Shown: positions 24,414-38,286, counted from the stretch's first letter. The stretch is DNA of 64,000 bases from Gnetum montanum (GCA_015680685.1 MNCI01000970.1:356125-420124), one strand, 5' to 3'. The notes: generated by a model from the letters alone, not told the origin. Numbers and translations are program-made.

Positions 24414-27400
24414 ATGGTGAAGAAGAGCAAATTGAGAAGTTAGAATCTAATTTTGGATGAGGTAGAGGAGGTAATATGCATTGTATCAAGGCTTTCAAAT
24501 CCTTTTGTAGGTGAAGGATGTTCAACTAGGACCACTAGGTACTAATTCCTCATCAGTTTATCCAATTTTTTACAATTTTATGGAAATGTTTTTCTACCTC
24601 TAGGCTACACTAGGTTAAGATTTTTTTGTTCTGAGCATGTTGAATCCAAGATCTAGGCCTATTGATTATGTTAGCAGTGAAATTTTTGGTTTTGATCTTT
24701 GATTGTGAAAAATATGAATTTTTTCCTCACATGTATGCTCATCGTTTTTGCCCTAGTTTTAGTTAGTTTTGGCTTAACTTTGACATTTTTGCTAGACCTC
24801 ACAGGCTAAAAGTTTGTAGTTTTGATTACATAGATCTATTGTTTTGGGTTTTTTAGCTATATTGGAGGTTGAATTATATTTTTTTGAATTTTTTATAGAA
24901 TTTTTTCCAACCCAAATTTCAATGTTTTGGCCTATTTTCACAAAATTTTGTAGCTTTACCATGGGAATACTAGTAGTGTTTGGAACTTCTTGTGATCTTT
25001 TGATAAGTGTTTATGGTTTTAGGGTATTGCAAATTCAATTTAGAGGGGTTCTATGTGAAGTTTGTAAGATTTGAAATTTTTTACAAATATTTTCAAAGTA
25101 TTTAGTGCAATTGGTTCACTACAAACCAAGGTTTTTTCGATCAAATTTTCATGCAATTTTGAGTTTTTCCACACTATTATTTTAGCATTGATGTTGGATT
25201 TTGGTGATTTGGGCTATGTTCTTTGCATACAAGGTTAATCATAATTTTTTGAAAATTTTCCCAGCTCCCAAGATCTATAGTGGTTAGGTTTGAATTTGTT
25301 TTGTAGAATTTTTGGTGTTTAGGATAGTGTTGGATACTTATGCATGGTTTTTGGTGAGTTTGAATTTTTCATAGGTTTATAGCTAGCATGTGGCATCATT
25401 TGTGCTTCATATCACAACATATGAAAGGGTTGAGGCTTTTAGTAGGAAGGTATAGCAACATGTAGGCTCTAAGAGCCAATAAAACTCATGTTTTTTGTTT
25501 CCACTTTGCTTACATTCCCATCCTTTAAGCTTGTTGGCCATCATACTTTGCAAAATCCCATTCATTAAATTTCAATGCTATTAATTTTTCTTTTAGTATT
25601 GTTAAAAACTTAGTTTTATGTCAATTGTTTGTGGTAATGCTTATTTTAAACTTTTGAATGTCAATTGTTTGTTAAAATGTCTAACTAGTTTTTTACTACA
25701 TTAAATACTTGTCAAGGTGTCAACTTTGGTTTTTCATTATGTGAATTAAGGTGTAAAGAGACTAAAATTGATTTGTATTAGAATGGAAAACATGTTAGTG
25801 GCTTTGGTTATCTTGTGTATTTTTATTTCATGATAACGTTGTCATTCCATAAGCCATTTATGTTTGGCTTTTGTTAATTTTTATTTTAGTATTTCTATGA
25901 TTTTATATGGTCTAATGGCTATGTGTTTTGGCTATGAATAGGGCCTTTTTGAAACCTATGTTGATTATCATTGAGTTGGTAGAAATTTGATGTTGAATAT
26001 GAATGACTACAAAAATGAGCTTGAACCTTGATATGAACCTTGACAACCACATACTAATATGGTTTAGACTTGGTGCCAAAGAATTCCTTATGTACTTGCT
26101 CCACAATTACAGTGTAATCATATGGTCACACTTGGCTGTAGATGTTGCAATCATAATCATGGAGACTTTCATGGTGGGGTCTTTTAACTATGTTTTGAAG
26201 TTCATTTTTGATGATCTTAACACCCAAAGAAAGATAAAGAAAAATAATACTTCATATTCTGTGGGAGGGTGAAGATTATCACAAATCTAGGAGATGCCAG
26301 AGTACTCCTAGCACAATGCTGACAACACCTTGATGTTGGGCCATTGCATAAACACTCTATTCCAAAACCTAACAGTGTAAGTATGATTTTAAACTGGTAT
26401 GTTTTATCTATTTTTGGTTTTAGTGTTATTTTTTCTAATGGTTTTGTGCTTTGGTTTTTATAGGTATAAGGTGTGCCATGGAGGATTGGTGAGAAATAAC
26501 CAAACCTTGTTTATGGCTTGTACAACTTTGGAGGAGTTTAGACAAGGTGAGATCATTAGAGTGCAAGTGCTTGACCAACTTGATGATGAGTTTGGTAGGT
26601 ACCTCATGCAGCACTTCTGCCTATACCAAGCATGTATAGCTACTAATCATGCACATGCATGGTGGGCTCATTGAGACCTAGAAGCATGTATGCTACTTCT
26701 GCCTAATGCTTCAGCTTGCCAAAGCTTGTTTTGTGCAAGTTCTTAAAGTGTGGTTAATGGTTTTTAGTTTTTGTGTTATAGTTCTTTTTGATTTTTTAAA
26801 GTTTTAAAGTTTTTAGTTTTTTGAGTTTAAATTTTTGGTTTTATGTTTTTTATTGATTTTTTGTAAGGATAATTGGTCAACTATGTTGTGTCATAGATTT
26901 TATGTGTTAGTCTTCAATTACCATGACTATTTTAGGCCATTTTGAGGAGAAAATTCAACTCAAATGGGGTAATGTAGAGTTATCATAGGAATGATTGGCA
27001 AAATGAGCTCTTGAGGATGTCCAACAGAGGCTTATTGATGTATGTTTATTTGACCTTTTCATGTTGCCTAGCCCATCGATGTTACTTGCAAAGATGTTGA
27101 ATGTGATTACCTCTTTTGATCATCAAATTTATCACTTGCATTCATGGTTTTCCTATGGTGTAAAGGTATTTGTTAAAGAAGGGATGGATATCGATCATAG
27201 AGAGAAAATGGGGGCTTGGCTTAACTGTCCTCTTGGTGCTACATTGTATTTTAGCAAGTGTAAAGTTGAGGAAGCTAATGAGACATATCCACTTTTCTGC
27301 TGTAGAGATTTTCCCATATTACTATTGCAAAAGAAAATCATAGGGGTTTAACAGGCTTGGACAATAAAAAAGGTGTTAACTGATGGCACAAGGTTTAAAT

Positions 27401-28410
27401 GGGCTACTTTTTTAGTCAATGGGCTATGGGATGAAGTTTGAAAACTCAGTAATAACTTGACTTCATATATGACATGCATTTCATGTTTTTCTATACATAC
27501 CTTAGAAGGTTCATAGAGTTCTTGGTGATTAGGAAGAATGACAAGTGGGTAACACATGATGCTTTCCAACTTTCCAAGCCTTGGTCAAGACACATCATAG
27601 AGATGATGTATTGTGAAGATCCACTTGTGGAGAACATGAGTGAATCATTGTCTATTATCACTAAGAATTTTAGTGGTATGGGTGATTGTTCCCCTAATAG
27701 CATGGGATGGAGCCCTAGGTTGCATGTGGTAATGCAAAGAAAGCAAAAAGGGTACACATAGAAGTAGATGACATTGCTAGGGAAAAGATGAAGAGGCCAC
27801 AAGCTAAATAAAATGCTCTTGTTGTTAAACCAGCCAGCACGTAAGAAGTTGGCCATCAGACTTAACTAAGTCAATGGATCTATTGAAGGTATATATATTT
27901 TTATATTTTTACATTTTCAATTTTGCATTCTTTTTCTTATTATGTTTTTTAGTTATATTTTTTTTTGTTAAAACATGTTTACTAATTTGTTTCATTTTTG
28001 TTGGATTTAGTTTGTTGTAGGGAAGAAATAGGAGCTAGTTGTCCAAACTATCACAAAGGAGGAACAATAATGCAAGGAAGAAGAGGAAAGGACATCTAGA
28101 GAATCTCTAGATGCTATGTATTTGATCTTTGATTATTTGCCTCAAGAAGGTAATCATTTGATGGATGTGCCTCATGATTTTCTTGGTAAACTTCAATGTT
28201 GTGTATGTTTATGTTTTTACTTTTGGACACTTTTGTTGTAGAGTGTATTTGATGGTTATGGTCATTGCAATGCATGAGCCTCTTCTAGAAGCATCAACAT
28301 CTACATTCTATCCCTTGCTTTGGGTGGAGGCACTAGACAAGATAGAGTTCATGTAGGGAATGGTAGATTACATTGTTGACAGATTGTAATAGATAGTTCC
28401 TGAAGTTGGT
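24414..28410 (+). pseudogene. Decayed multi-exon gene antisense to pol: MVKK first exon, FCP1/NIF (HAD-type CTD phosphatase-like) domain at about 25950-26560, then a second unassigned, possibly transposon-associated domain at about 26870-27890
   Basis: ATG at 24414 and donor at 24539. T-rich introns with GT/AG at 26377-26463 and 27889-28020; further acceptor at 26867 and donors at 28150 and 28409. Peptides KPMLIIIELVEI, IWFRLGAKEFLMYLLHNYSVIIWSH, LKFIFDD, RLSQI*EMPEY..NADNTLML..QN and V.PW..NNQTLFMACTTLEEF follow NIF-domain motif order. Confidence 0.6.
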
Positions 28411-28539
28411 AAGTTCATTGTTTTTTTTTTCATTATTTTAATTTTTAAATATTTATGTGTTTTTATGTTTTTAGACTACATAGTTTCATGATTTTTAAGT
28501 GTTTTTAATTTTTTTGTTATATCTTTATTTTTTACTATT

Positions 28540-31500
28540 TTTATGTGTTTTTGGCTATGAAAATGTCCAAAGTTAGATGGGATTTTACACTACTTCTGTG
28601 GAGCCTAGGCACTCACACATTTACAACATGACTAGGAAAAATCCACAATTCTAAATCAAAGTCCCAAGAACTCAAATGTTGTAAAAATTTACCAAAAAGA
28701 AATTTGAAATTGTGCATTCCAAAAAGAAATTAATCAATGTAGGCCCCCAGGGCTAGAAAAAAAATATGAATTTTTTTTTTAAAATTATTTGGAACCATAG
28801 ATGAAGTAAACATTACCAAAACAACCTAGATTAACCATCAGTGTTGCACTAGGAAAAACCCTGAATTTGCCAAAAGTTTACAAAGATAACCCTAGTTTAT
28901 AGTCAACTGACTATAGAAAAAAATCATACAAAATTTTAAAAAATGCAAACATGGCTGAAAACCCCTTGACATTGCATCTACCCTTCCTAGAGATTGAGGA
29001 CACTAATCATATGTGGCCAAAATCTTGCCAATGCTACTGGTCTAGCGTAGAAAAAATTGCAAACCTCAGAAAACAAGCCTATAGCCAAATTTGAATTTTT
29101 TTTAAAAAAATCCAAATTCACTTCTGTGATAGCATAAAATCCCTAAAAAATCATCCTATGCAATCGAAATTTGAAAATCTTGTCACAGATGGGCTAGAAA
29201 AAACTCAAAACATTGCCTATCTAAGCTAGGGAAATAAGAAAAATGTAGAAAAAAATTGGTACTTAGGAGACAAAGATCCTTCTTCCATAGATAGATTTGG
29301 AAGCCTTGAAACAATCCTTATAGTCTCCTCTACCTCCTCTAGCCCTAGATTTTGGCTTGTTGATCCATTTTTTCTTCACCATGGCTACCAAATTTTGGAA
29401 ATTTTATCCTTGGCTACTACAATGAGATGCTTAAAATTCCTGAGTTTGCTCCAACATGCTAAGCATAGGAGGTAGAAAAGGCCCAATTAGTTTGTGTACA
29501 TTGTGAAAATGAGTTTATAATTCCAAGTCTAGCTCTCTCATGCTAGACAAGGGAAATTAAAAGTGTAATTAGCTTCCAATGCTGGGCTTTGGTGGTAAAA
29601 TATCCTTTCTAGCCCCCATACATTGTGTATATTTTTTTACATACACTATGAATTATCCTTGACATGCTGTGGATGGGAAATTAAAAATGAAATTACATCC
29701 ATATGCTAATTTTTGATGGAAAATTTGATTTTTCTAGTCCACACGCTATAAACATGGTTAATTTTGGTGATGTGTGGGCTCCATAGACATGGGAAAAATA
29801 CCTAGGGTTTTACATACTAGCTCATATGTTGGGGGAGGGAAAATAGAGAATGAAATTAAGTTCATACACTATGTTTTGATGAAGATTTCTGGTTTCCTAT
29901 TCCCACATGGTATCAATGTAGTTAATTTTGGTCATAGGTGGGTCGCATAGATCATGTGAAAAATTACTAAGGGCTTCACATGCTGGGGATGAGAAATTAG
30001 CTATGGAATTAATTTCATATGCTAGCATGTCTTGGTAAATTAATTTTTCTTGTTCCATACATTACCCATAAAACTTCCATATGCTATGTAGTGGGCCCCA
30101 TAGATCCTAAGAAAGATCGCCAAGGGTTTCATATGTTGTCAATGTGAAATTGATTGGGAAATTATGTTATACACTGGTCATATGCTACTCCAGCTTATTT
30201 GGTAGCTTGTGAACTTGTGCATACATTGCTCATATGCTGCACAAGTGTATGGGGTAGCTTATGTGACATAAACAAGTTATCGACTTGGTCAATATTGCCC
30301 ATGCATTGCCCAAGATGGTCAAACACACTATGAACATATTCCAAGATGTTCATAAGCTACCAACCCAAGTCCCACATGCAGAGGATCTACCCCATGCTAC
30401 GCTACGCTATGCAGCGTAACAGGGTGTTATGCTACGCTATGCTATGCAGCGTAACACCCTAGGCTATCCATAAGCTATTGATCTAGGTCTCAAATGTTGT
30501 GGAGCTAATTTAGGATGCTAACACACTATCACATTGGCTAATACACATTGGGAATGGGAATATTTAAACTTTTGTAGCTTATTTGACCTAAAAACTCATT
30601 ATTTTACTCATTTATAACATGTTTTGATTGAATTCTAGCTTACTTTGATCATATAATGATCCAAAAAATAAATAATATTATTTATTACATTATTTTTGCA
30701 TTATTTAGCATTGTTTGATCTCATTTTACCTCATTTTGACATCATTCGATCCTTATTTTACCTTGTTTTATCTAGTTTTCCCTTGTTGTAACCATGATTT
30801 ACCTTATTTTACTTTGTTTGAACCTTTTTTTTGCTTTATTATGCTCTATTATTACATTATTTTGTATTATTTTAACTTTCTTTAACAAAGTATATCATGC
30901 ACATGCCACTTGATGTGCTTATGTTGAAATGTAGGATTGAGCTAGGAAGATGAGGAGGCAATTCAACTAGCCTTTAACCCTAAGTGGACCCTTTTGGTGA
31001 TGTTGTTTGACCAAATTGATCTTGAATTCCTAAACCTTAAGCTTGAAAGCCTTTTGACCATGTAGCCTTAATGCCCTAGAGTGGCTTGGCTGCTCTTACT
31101 CTTAAGGCTAGAACCATCACAATGGATTCCTTGGTCAAATTCCCCATTTCAATCCATAATGGTGAGGAAGAAATCCTGAAACTAAGCTTTTCACTAGAAT
31201 CTTAGTTTGCATAGGCATGATCAAATCCTTACAAGGAAAAGTCTTCACATGGTCCTTATTACATCTAATGTTGATATGTTTATTTATAGTGTTATTGGCC
31301 TATATTTGTAGATTTGAACAAGCATGTGACATTGATTGATCCTAGTATTCTGCAACAAGCAAACCTACATGATCTTCTATCTTTTTGGCATCTCAAATCA
31401 CTACAAACTTTGTATAACTTTGCAAAGTAAGAATACAATGTTCTCAAGTTTTTCCAATTGTATCTCATGGTGGCCCATGTTTGCTTGTTATTACATGTAA

Positions 31501-33414
31501 CCTTATTGTAATATCTAGTTTCTTTGACTTGTTTCTTTTTTTCTCCAAGTTGTGTTTGTAGGATGACCCTGAAGTCATTATAAAGGTGTGACTCATTATA
31601 GCAGTGAGTTACTATGTGAGCTTGATACACAAGATTTGACTAGCTTGTTTAATCATGTTGATAGTGCTTACCTAATATCATTTCCATTACCCCTTCTAAG
31701 CCATAACCTTGTAACTAAACTTGAACCCTCCTTACCTTACTAACAATGGATGGAAACCTATGTTTGACATTCATGTACCATGGCCATGTGACATCTTTTA
31801 CAACATTCTCAATCAATCAAGTTTGCTGAATTTTGAACACTTATCATTCAACCAAGAAATAAAAGTTTGGCTTTGGCAATGAAACCCAAGGAAGGTTTCA
31901 CTTCCACAAAAATAAAAAAATAAGAAAAAAGGGGGAGAATGCCAAGAAATCCAAGAGGCCAATGTAGCTTAGAGTTAAATAAATGGCTCAGAAAATAAAA
32001 AAAAATGAAAAAAATGAATGGGCCAAATGGCTAAAATAGGCTAATACCAAAAGACCAATTTCTCCAAATCTAGGCACATGTAACCAGTTAAATCAAGCAT
32101 GAAGCATAAAGACCTTGTTAGCCATTTAGCAAATCACTATGCTATGACCATGATGTCAAAACATTTGAAATTATTTGTTAGCCTATTTGGCCATTCTCTC
32201 ATAGCCAATGTAGTTATTACCTCACTCCTCATTCTTATCTTCACGTGTTGACCTTATTTCACCATCATGAGCACTCATTGACATGATTCAGCAACTACAG
32301 AATCAAGTGTGAAGAGGGAGCATTGGTGATGAATCCAAGATAATGTTTCAAATTCTTTGTTGTCTTTTGGATCAATCTTCAAAAAATCAACAAAGAGGGG
32401 CCATTGAAACATCTTAAGGAAAATTCATGTTGCAAATAGAGAAGCCTAGTAAGCTAGATTTTTAATTCTAATTTTGATTAGATTCAAGAGCAAGAACAAT
32501 TACCTTGTTTTTCCTTAAAAAAATGTTAATTTATGATATTATTTCAGCAAAATTCTAGACCCTTTTTAGCATGTAAAATGAAATTCATGACTAACACATT
32601 GTGAATTTCATTATGCTAGCATATTTAAGCTAAAATGTTAAAAACACTGCCAATTATAGCACAAAAGGTCAAAATCGCTAGTGACCCATTCACTATAGTT
32701 TTGGACCATGAGAATGGTCCAAAAGTGCTATGTAATGGCCTAAGACACATGCCAGAACATAATTGACATAAAAATAGCAAATTAGAGGCATATTTAAGCT
32801 AGATTTAATACCATTTTTTGGATCTTTGGGAGGTAATGTTTTGGTAGATCTTTTGCCATAATAGGCTTTTTGGCAGATCTTTTCAACACATAGAGAAGAA
32901 ACTTTCTTGGAAAAAAGATAGACCTTTTGTTAGAAAATTAGCATTGAAATTATTGTAGATTTTGCAAGCTTCCCAGTGTTGATTTTTGAGAACAAAGTGA
33001 GCCTATAGTAGCATTTTTTATGGAGTGAAAATTCAAATGTAGAACACACCCTGCCTCTTGTACTAGATCTTAAAAGATATTTTCTATTCTTAGATTGTGA
33101 AATCCTTGATCTGTACTCTCTAAACTTATTTTACAATGATTTTTTTACAACACTTAATATAAAGTTTGCAGTTGTTATTTTGGCTACATTATTTCCCTCT
33201 CTCTCCATTCTCAGTTTAGCATTGAATCATTGTTCCATAGATTACAACTCATTTTTCATTTACTACATTTGGTAATATATTTTCTAAGTCCTTAGGTGAT
33301 GGAAAACATCACATGAGATGCCTTAGATCCTTTTGAGGCATGTGAATTCTAGGTTTAAAACTGGATACATGGATTCTTTTGATTTTCTAGCATTGGTTTT
33401 TTTTCATTGTTACA
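28540..33414 (+). mobile_element. Second, diverged, internally deleted copy of the same Tat/Ogre-like element: pol almost wholly deleted at ~31255, PPT 32392-32400, 3' LTR 32405-33414
   Basis: Inverted homology anchors: 29295-29385/24400-24500, 30860-30910/21790-21835, 31020-31090/21600-21680, 31254-31410/18120-18267, 32265-32435/17090-17250, 33320-33414/16007-16110. Reads AAAGAGGGG-CCAT-TGAAACA...TGTTACA. Confidence 0.8.
29650..30170. repeat. Degenerate ~160-bp tandem repeats (about three copies) in the spacer of the right element; related degenerate repeats at 23550-24060 in the left element
   Basis: GGAAA.T..AAATGAAATTA...CATA..CTA..TTTTGATG...GTTAATTTTGGT..GTGGG...CATAGA recurs near 29675 and 29838, with a weaker copy near 29992. 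Confidence 0.65.
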
Positions 33415-33633
33415 ACTCGGTCCAACATCTACATGCTTATCACATCGATGTCCATGCCTACAACCTATCATTACTAAATAAAATAATAAGCCATTTGGAA
33501 TTCCATCAACCTATTGTTATAATACCAACATGAAAGACTCTCATGTCTAACCCTAGACAAAAGAGCATTACATCAAGTCAAACCCTTAATATCTTAGGTC
33601 ATGACAAGAGAAAGTCTAAGAAGTCATGCTAGC

Positions 33634-34533
33634 TGATGAGTCATGAATTTGTTGATAGCCATGATATCGCACCCATGATATCGCACCCACGATAATGCAC
33701 CCATGATATCGCACTTGTGATATCGCATCCATGATCTCATTGTCGATGTGATATTGTAGCCTAGCTACGATATTGCATACATGATATTGCAGCCTGTCTA
33801 CTCATCTATAAATAAGAGGTAGGCAGATCCGATAGGCAGTTGTTAGTCGGTTTTAGTTTAAGAATTTTGATTTCTTTCTCTCCCTTTTCCTCCCAGTGTA
33901 TGCCCACAATGTGGTGATTGTAATTGTATGACATCCTTTATTCGAGTGTGACGTACTTGGACACATACATGACCGGAAATAGAGATCAAGATTAATTCAT
34001 TGTAGCATTCACTTAGTTTAATTGTTATTGTTATTTATTTATTGCTTTCCTAGTTAATCTCTCTCACCATTAAAATCATGTTAAAACATGGAATGAGTAT
34101 GACTTGATTACGAGCATTTAAGTGTGACTACTTGATATCCTAGTAACGTATCTAGGAGTGCTTAAGTAACATGCGCTTGGTAATCCCAGTGGTAGCTGTG
34201 CACGAAGTCCAAGATGTGTACGGATAAACAAGGAATGGATGCTCATCGCACTTAGGCTAGTTTAGATTCTCTCACCCTTCTCTCCTAGCTTAGTTAATAT
34301 TACTTTCCATTGCCTTCAGGAGTAGCATTAGATTAGAAATCCATCATACACCTCACTCTGGACTAAACCATACGTGACAAAGCTAATACTAGTCCAGGTG
34401 GTAAGATAGCGAACTACAACCTAAGGCTAATTGTCTAGATGCCACAACTAGTCCATCTGCGGACTTCGACCGGATTGCGCGTGTAACGCTTCTATTCGTA
34501 TGATTGAGTGTAGGGGTACCTCACCACTCATCA
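33634..34533 (+). mobile_element. Solo LTR (900 bp) of the Athila-like family
   Basis: Termini TGATGAG...CTCATCA, perfect TSD CTAGC (33629-33633, 34534-34538), GATATCGC array, TATAAATAAGAGG, and the family's GAGTGTAGGGGTACCTC.CCACTCATCA end. Confidence 0.93.
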
Positions 34534-37500
34534 CTAGCAAAGCATAGAAAAAAGAGTGAAAGAGATAACATGATACCATGACCAAAAGAAACCAAATTAA
34601 AATAGCTTCATGTGATGAGATAAATATAAAGTGCTATCTATATAAAATTATGAAAATTCAAAATTCATGAATAAAATATCAAATGTTAACAATAAGTATA
34701 ACAATAGAAACAGAAATACATAATATGCTCAAGATGAATATCCATCTTTATCATAATGAATATACATAGAATAAGCCTAAGATAATGCTAAAAAATGTAA
34801 ATGTGCCAATACAACTATAAATCAACATTTTGCATTTCATGGTCATCTTGTTTCTACTAGCCCTAATGATTTGAATATAAGATTTGGGTTTAGTATTAAT
34901 TAAGTACTTTTAGCACCTTCTCTGGATCATTTGAGGATAAGCATTCATGGATGAGGGCTAGGCAAGGATACTTCAAGCTACAAGCACACATTTGTACACA
35001 TAATATACATTACACAATGTAATGGAACATGAACATCATTAGTCCAGATCCATAATAAATAACCATACTCTTTATCCCATCAACTAGACATTCACATGAA
35101 TCAATGCTCTAGCGTACTACACATAGTATAGCATATGAAATTTTTGACACATACTTGACCAGATTTAGCATTAGTCCATCATTTTTATCATTGCTAATTA
35201 TAATTATATCACTACCATTTAACAAATATCATGCATATGAATTTTTTTTCAATCTAAACTGTCCCTAGTGGAAGATAGTCATAATTTGCTCACAACTATA
35301 AATGTTAGAGTATTCTAACAAAACCTTTAATGTTAAGGAATTATTAAAATGCTAGTAGAGTACTGAATATTCCCACTTTTCTATAGGGTGAGCCCTATAG
35401 CAAGAGCCTCATAAATGCATCTCAATGTTAGGATAGGTCCACATCATCCACAATGCTGATCATCAACTGCTCATACATCTTAACACTAGCTCCTATCGAA
35501 CATGCTTTTACATAGTCATAGAGACATATGATTACCATTAATGGTGAAGAATCGATCATAAAAGTATTCTCACATGATAAAAATTGCTATGGCTCTCAAA
35601 AAAACATGTCAAATATTCAACCTACACCTAATACTACACAAAATGCCTCTAATAAAATTTGAGACCTAGAACTCATCTACTATGGCTTAGTTGACATAAA
35701 GAACATAGAAACAAAAAAATTGGTAGACCATGCCCTTATCACTACCTATGGTTATACTCAATTTATCATCAACATCTAAAAGATTCTAAAATGGTAAACT
35801 AACCTTAACCATGACCTGACCACAACTTGTTGCAAACTTGTGGCTACGTAGATATGCTTTATTATCAAAAATAGAGACTTTTCTTCACATTATTAGACAT
35901 TTTAGTCAATAAAAACCTAATCATGATCTCATCATAAGCTATTATTAGTGGAAATAGTTAGAGAATAGGACTCATGATGAGCTCATGCTGATGACGCAAA
36001 TGTCAATTTTGTTAAAAATCAACACCAAACAATACATAGATGATTCAAGATCATTAAATGATCATATCAATAGGTACATGACATAAAAAATGACCAACCA
36101 CACATTACTGAACAATAAGGAAAATGTTCAAAATTCAAAAAAGTAAGAAATTAAAATGTGAACTCTTAACTGACCATTCTCATGGAAAATTTAAAATTTT
36201 AGCAAATGTATAAAAGCTGTTAAGAATACTATCAAGACAAGAATAGTGCCATCAAATAACAAGTGAAACATGCAATACCTATATCTAAAATATGAGAATT
36301 ATGTAATCAAAATAAAACCTGCATGAGTAAGAAATCATCGTAGTTCATAAATTCCTATCTATACAAAGCAAGATCCATTCACAAAATAATAAATGCACAT
36401 AACAAATTTTTTTAATAAAATCCAGAAACCCATTAGTATTGCATGAAATCTACTAAACCATAAAATACAAGAGAAAATGCCAAGAATTCTCATTTGAAAA
36501 TAGTGCATAAAAACCAAAAATATGAGCACATAAACAACCATGCATGTACTAGCATATATGAGCATTGTAGTACACGATTCATGAGCCTATAAGTAGAAGT
36601 CCATTACCATAAGACTTCAATTCAACAAAGCTTCTACTTCTAGCTAATAAATGCAAGAAGTACCTAATAAAATGGATATGTGAAGTTTTTATGACAATGA
36701 AATGAATATGTAGGATTTTTATGAAAGAATTATATTATTTCTAACCTAAGCAAAACTACCAATTTGTAAAAGAAATCCAAGAAAAGCTAATCTAAGCTTC
36801 ACTTCACTTGTAAGAAATTCTTCTAATCAAATCTACTATATGAAACATACCAAAAAAATGTGCACTTCTACACATAAATTTAAACTAATAAAATATCATT
36901 TACTAAAATCAATTTATATAAAAGTTATAATCCACTCTTTCACATAATTAGGCTAATAAAATATTAAAAAGTACAATTAATATAATAATTCACACAAAGA
37001 ACATAGGAACATACACATGAAGCTATCACTACTAAAGATACCTATGGAACACCAACTTGGCATAAAAAATTAACAAGCTCATCTAACTAGGTCAGTACAA
37101 AATCCATGCATCAAATAATTGTCATATAATAAGCATAAGTAAAAATTAACTAAATCATAAATACACTACCATAATATATAGTATGATGTCATACATTACA
37201 CATATAAGATCTATAATTTAAAAGCATAAAGGAAATATCACTTTAACATAGAAAAAGTTACTAACAATAGTATTTCAAAATATAAGGTATTACAAATAAG
37301 ATTTCTACTTAGGAAGATAATTATCATGGTATGTCTTGAGTTTTTGAATCTTCCTTCTTCACCTCTTGTTGTCAACTCTTTATTCTAGTCTTTGTTTCTT
37401 GTTTCATATTTTGGTTTTTATGACAACTTTTTACTCTACACAAACATGCACCCTTAATAATTTAATGGTAGTTGACAAAAATAAATATAGCATTTTTTGT

Positions 37501-38286
37501 TACTAAACAATTAAATTTAAAATATCTAGAGCTTTTGTTAATGCCAAGTAGCTTACGAATTAACTTCTTAAATACGAATTTTTTTCCATACACCTTTTGC
37601 AATAAAAATTACTTTATCTTTTTATTATTTGTTCAGAAAGTTCATAATTCTAATTGTTTTTTTAATTGATATATAGGTGCAACCCAAAATATTCTAATAC
37701 TCAAACACATGACTAAAATATAGCATATACTGATGATGCATTGAAACATAAAAAACATCATAAACTCCATTGATGAGTGGAAAGGTACCCCTACACTCAA
37801 CCATACAAATACGAGCGTGTACACGCGATCCGGTTGAACTCCGTAGACTAAATGCCTTAACGCCACAAGGAACGCTTGGAGTTAATCGTTCGTTGTCTTC
37901 CAAGGCTTGCTTGTATGTGTCACGGTGTATGGTTAAGCAAGTCTGAGGTATATGATTTTTTTGGTGTTTTTTCAGTTTATCTCCTAAGCTATGAGGGAAA
38001 GGGTTGAGAAACTAACTAACTCTAACTAATGTCCTAAGTCTAAATTAACTAGCGTCAGCATCCGTTCCCACTTACCGGACACACCCTAAACTATGCAACT
38101 GTGGCTACCAAACGCTAATCGTTACTGGGATCACCACACGTAACGCAAGTGCTCGAAGTGGTCGTACTGAGACACTGATTTACCCTAACTGTGATAAGTA
38201 GCCGATTCCTTGGCTAGCCGTACACACCCGTGGGTGCTCGTAACTAAGTCGTACTTATCACACGTTCTAGCCTAGCAATGAGTAGC

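Noticed and set aside
16007-33414. A single giant TIR DNA transposon
   Set aside because: There is no TSD or recognisable transposase, and the ends are PPT-preceded retroelement LTRs.
34540-37765. Strand-biased A-rich region that might be an old spliced transposon gene on the minus strand
   Set aside because: No recognisable peptide motifs or termini.
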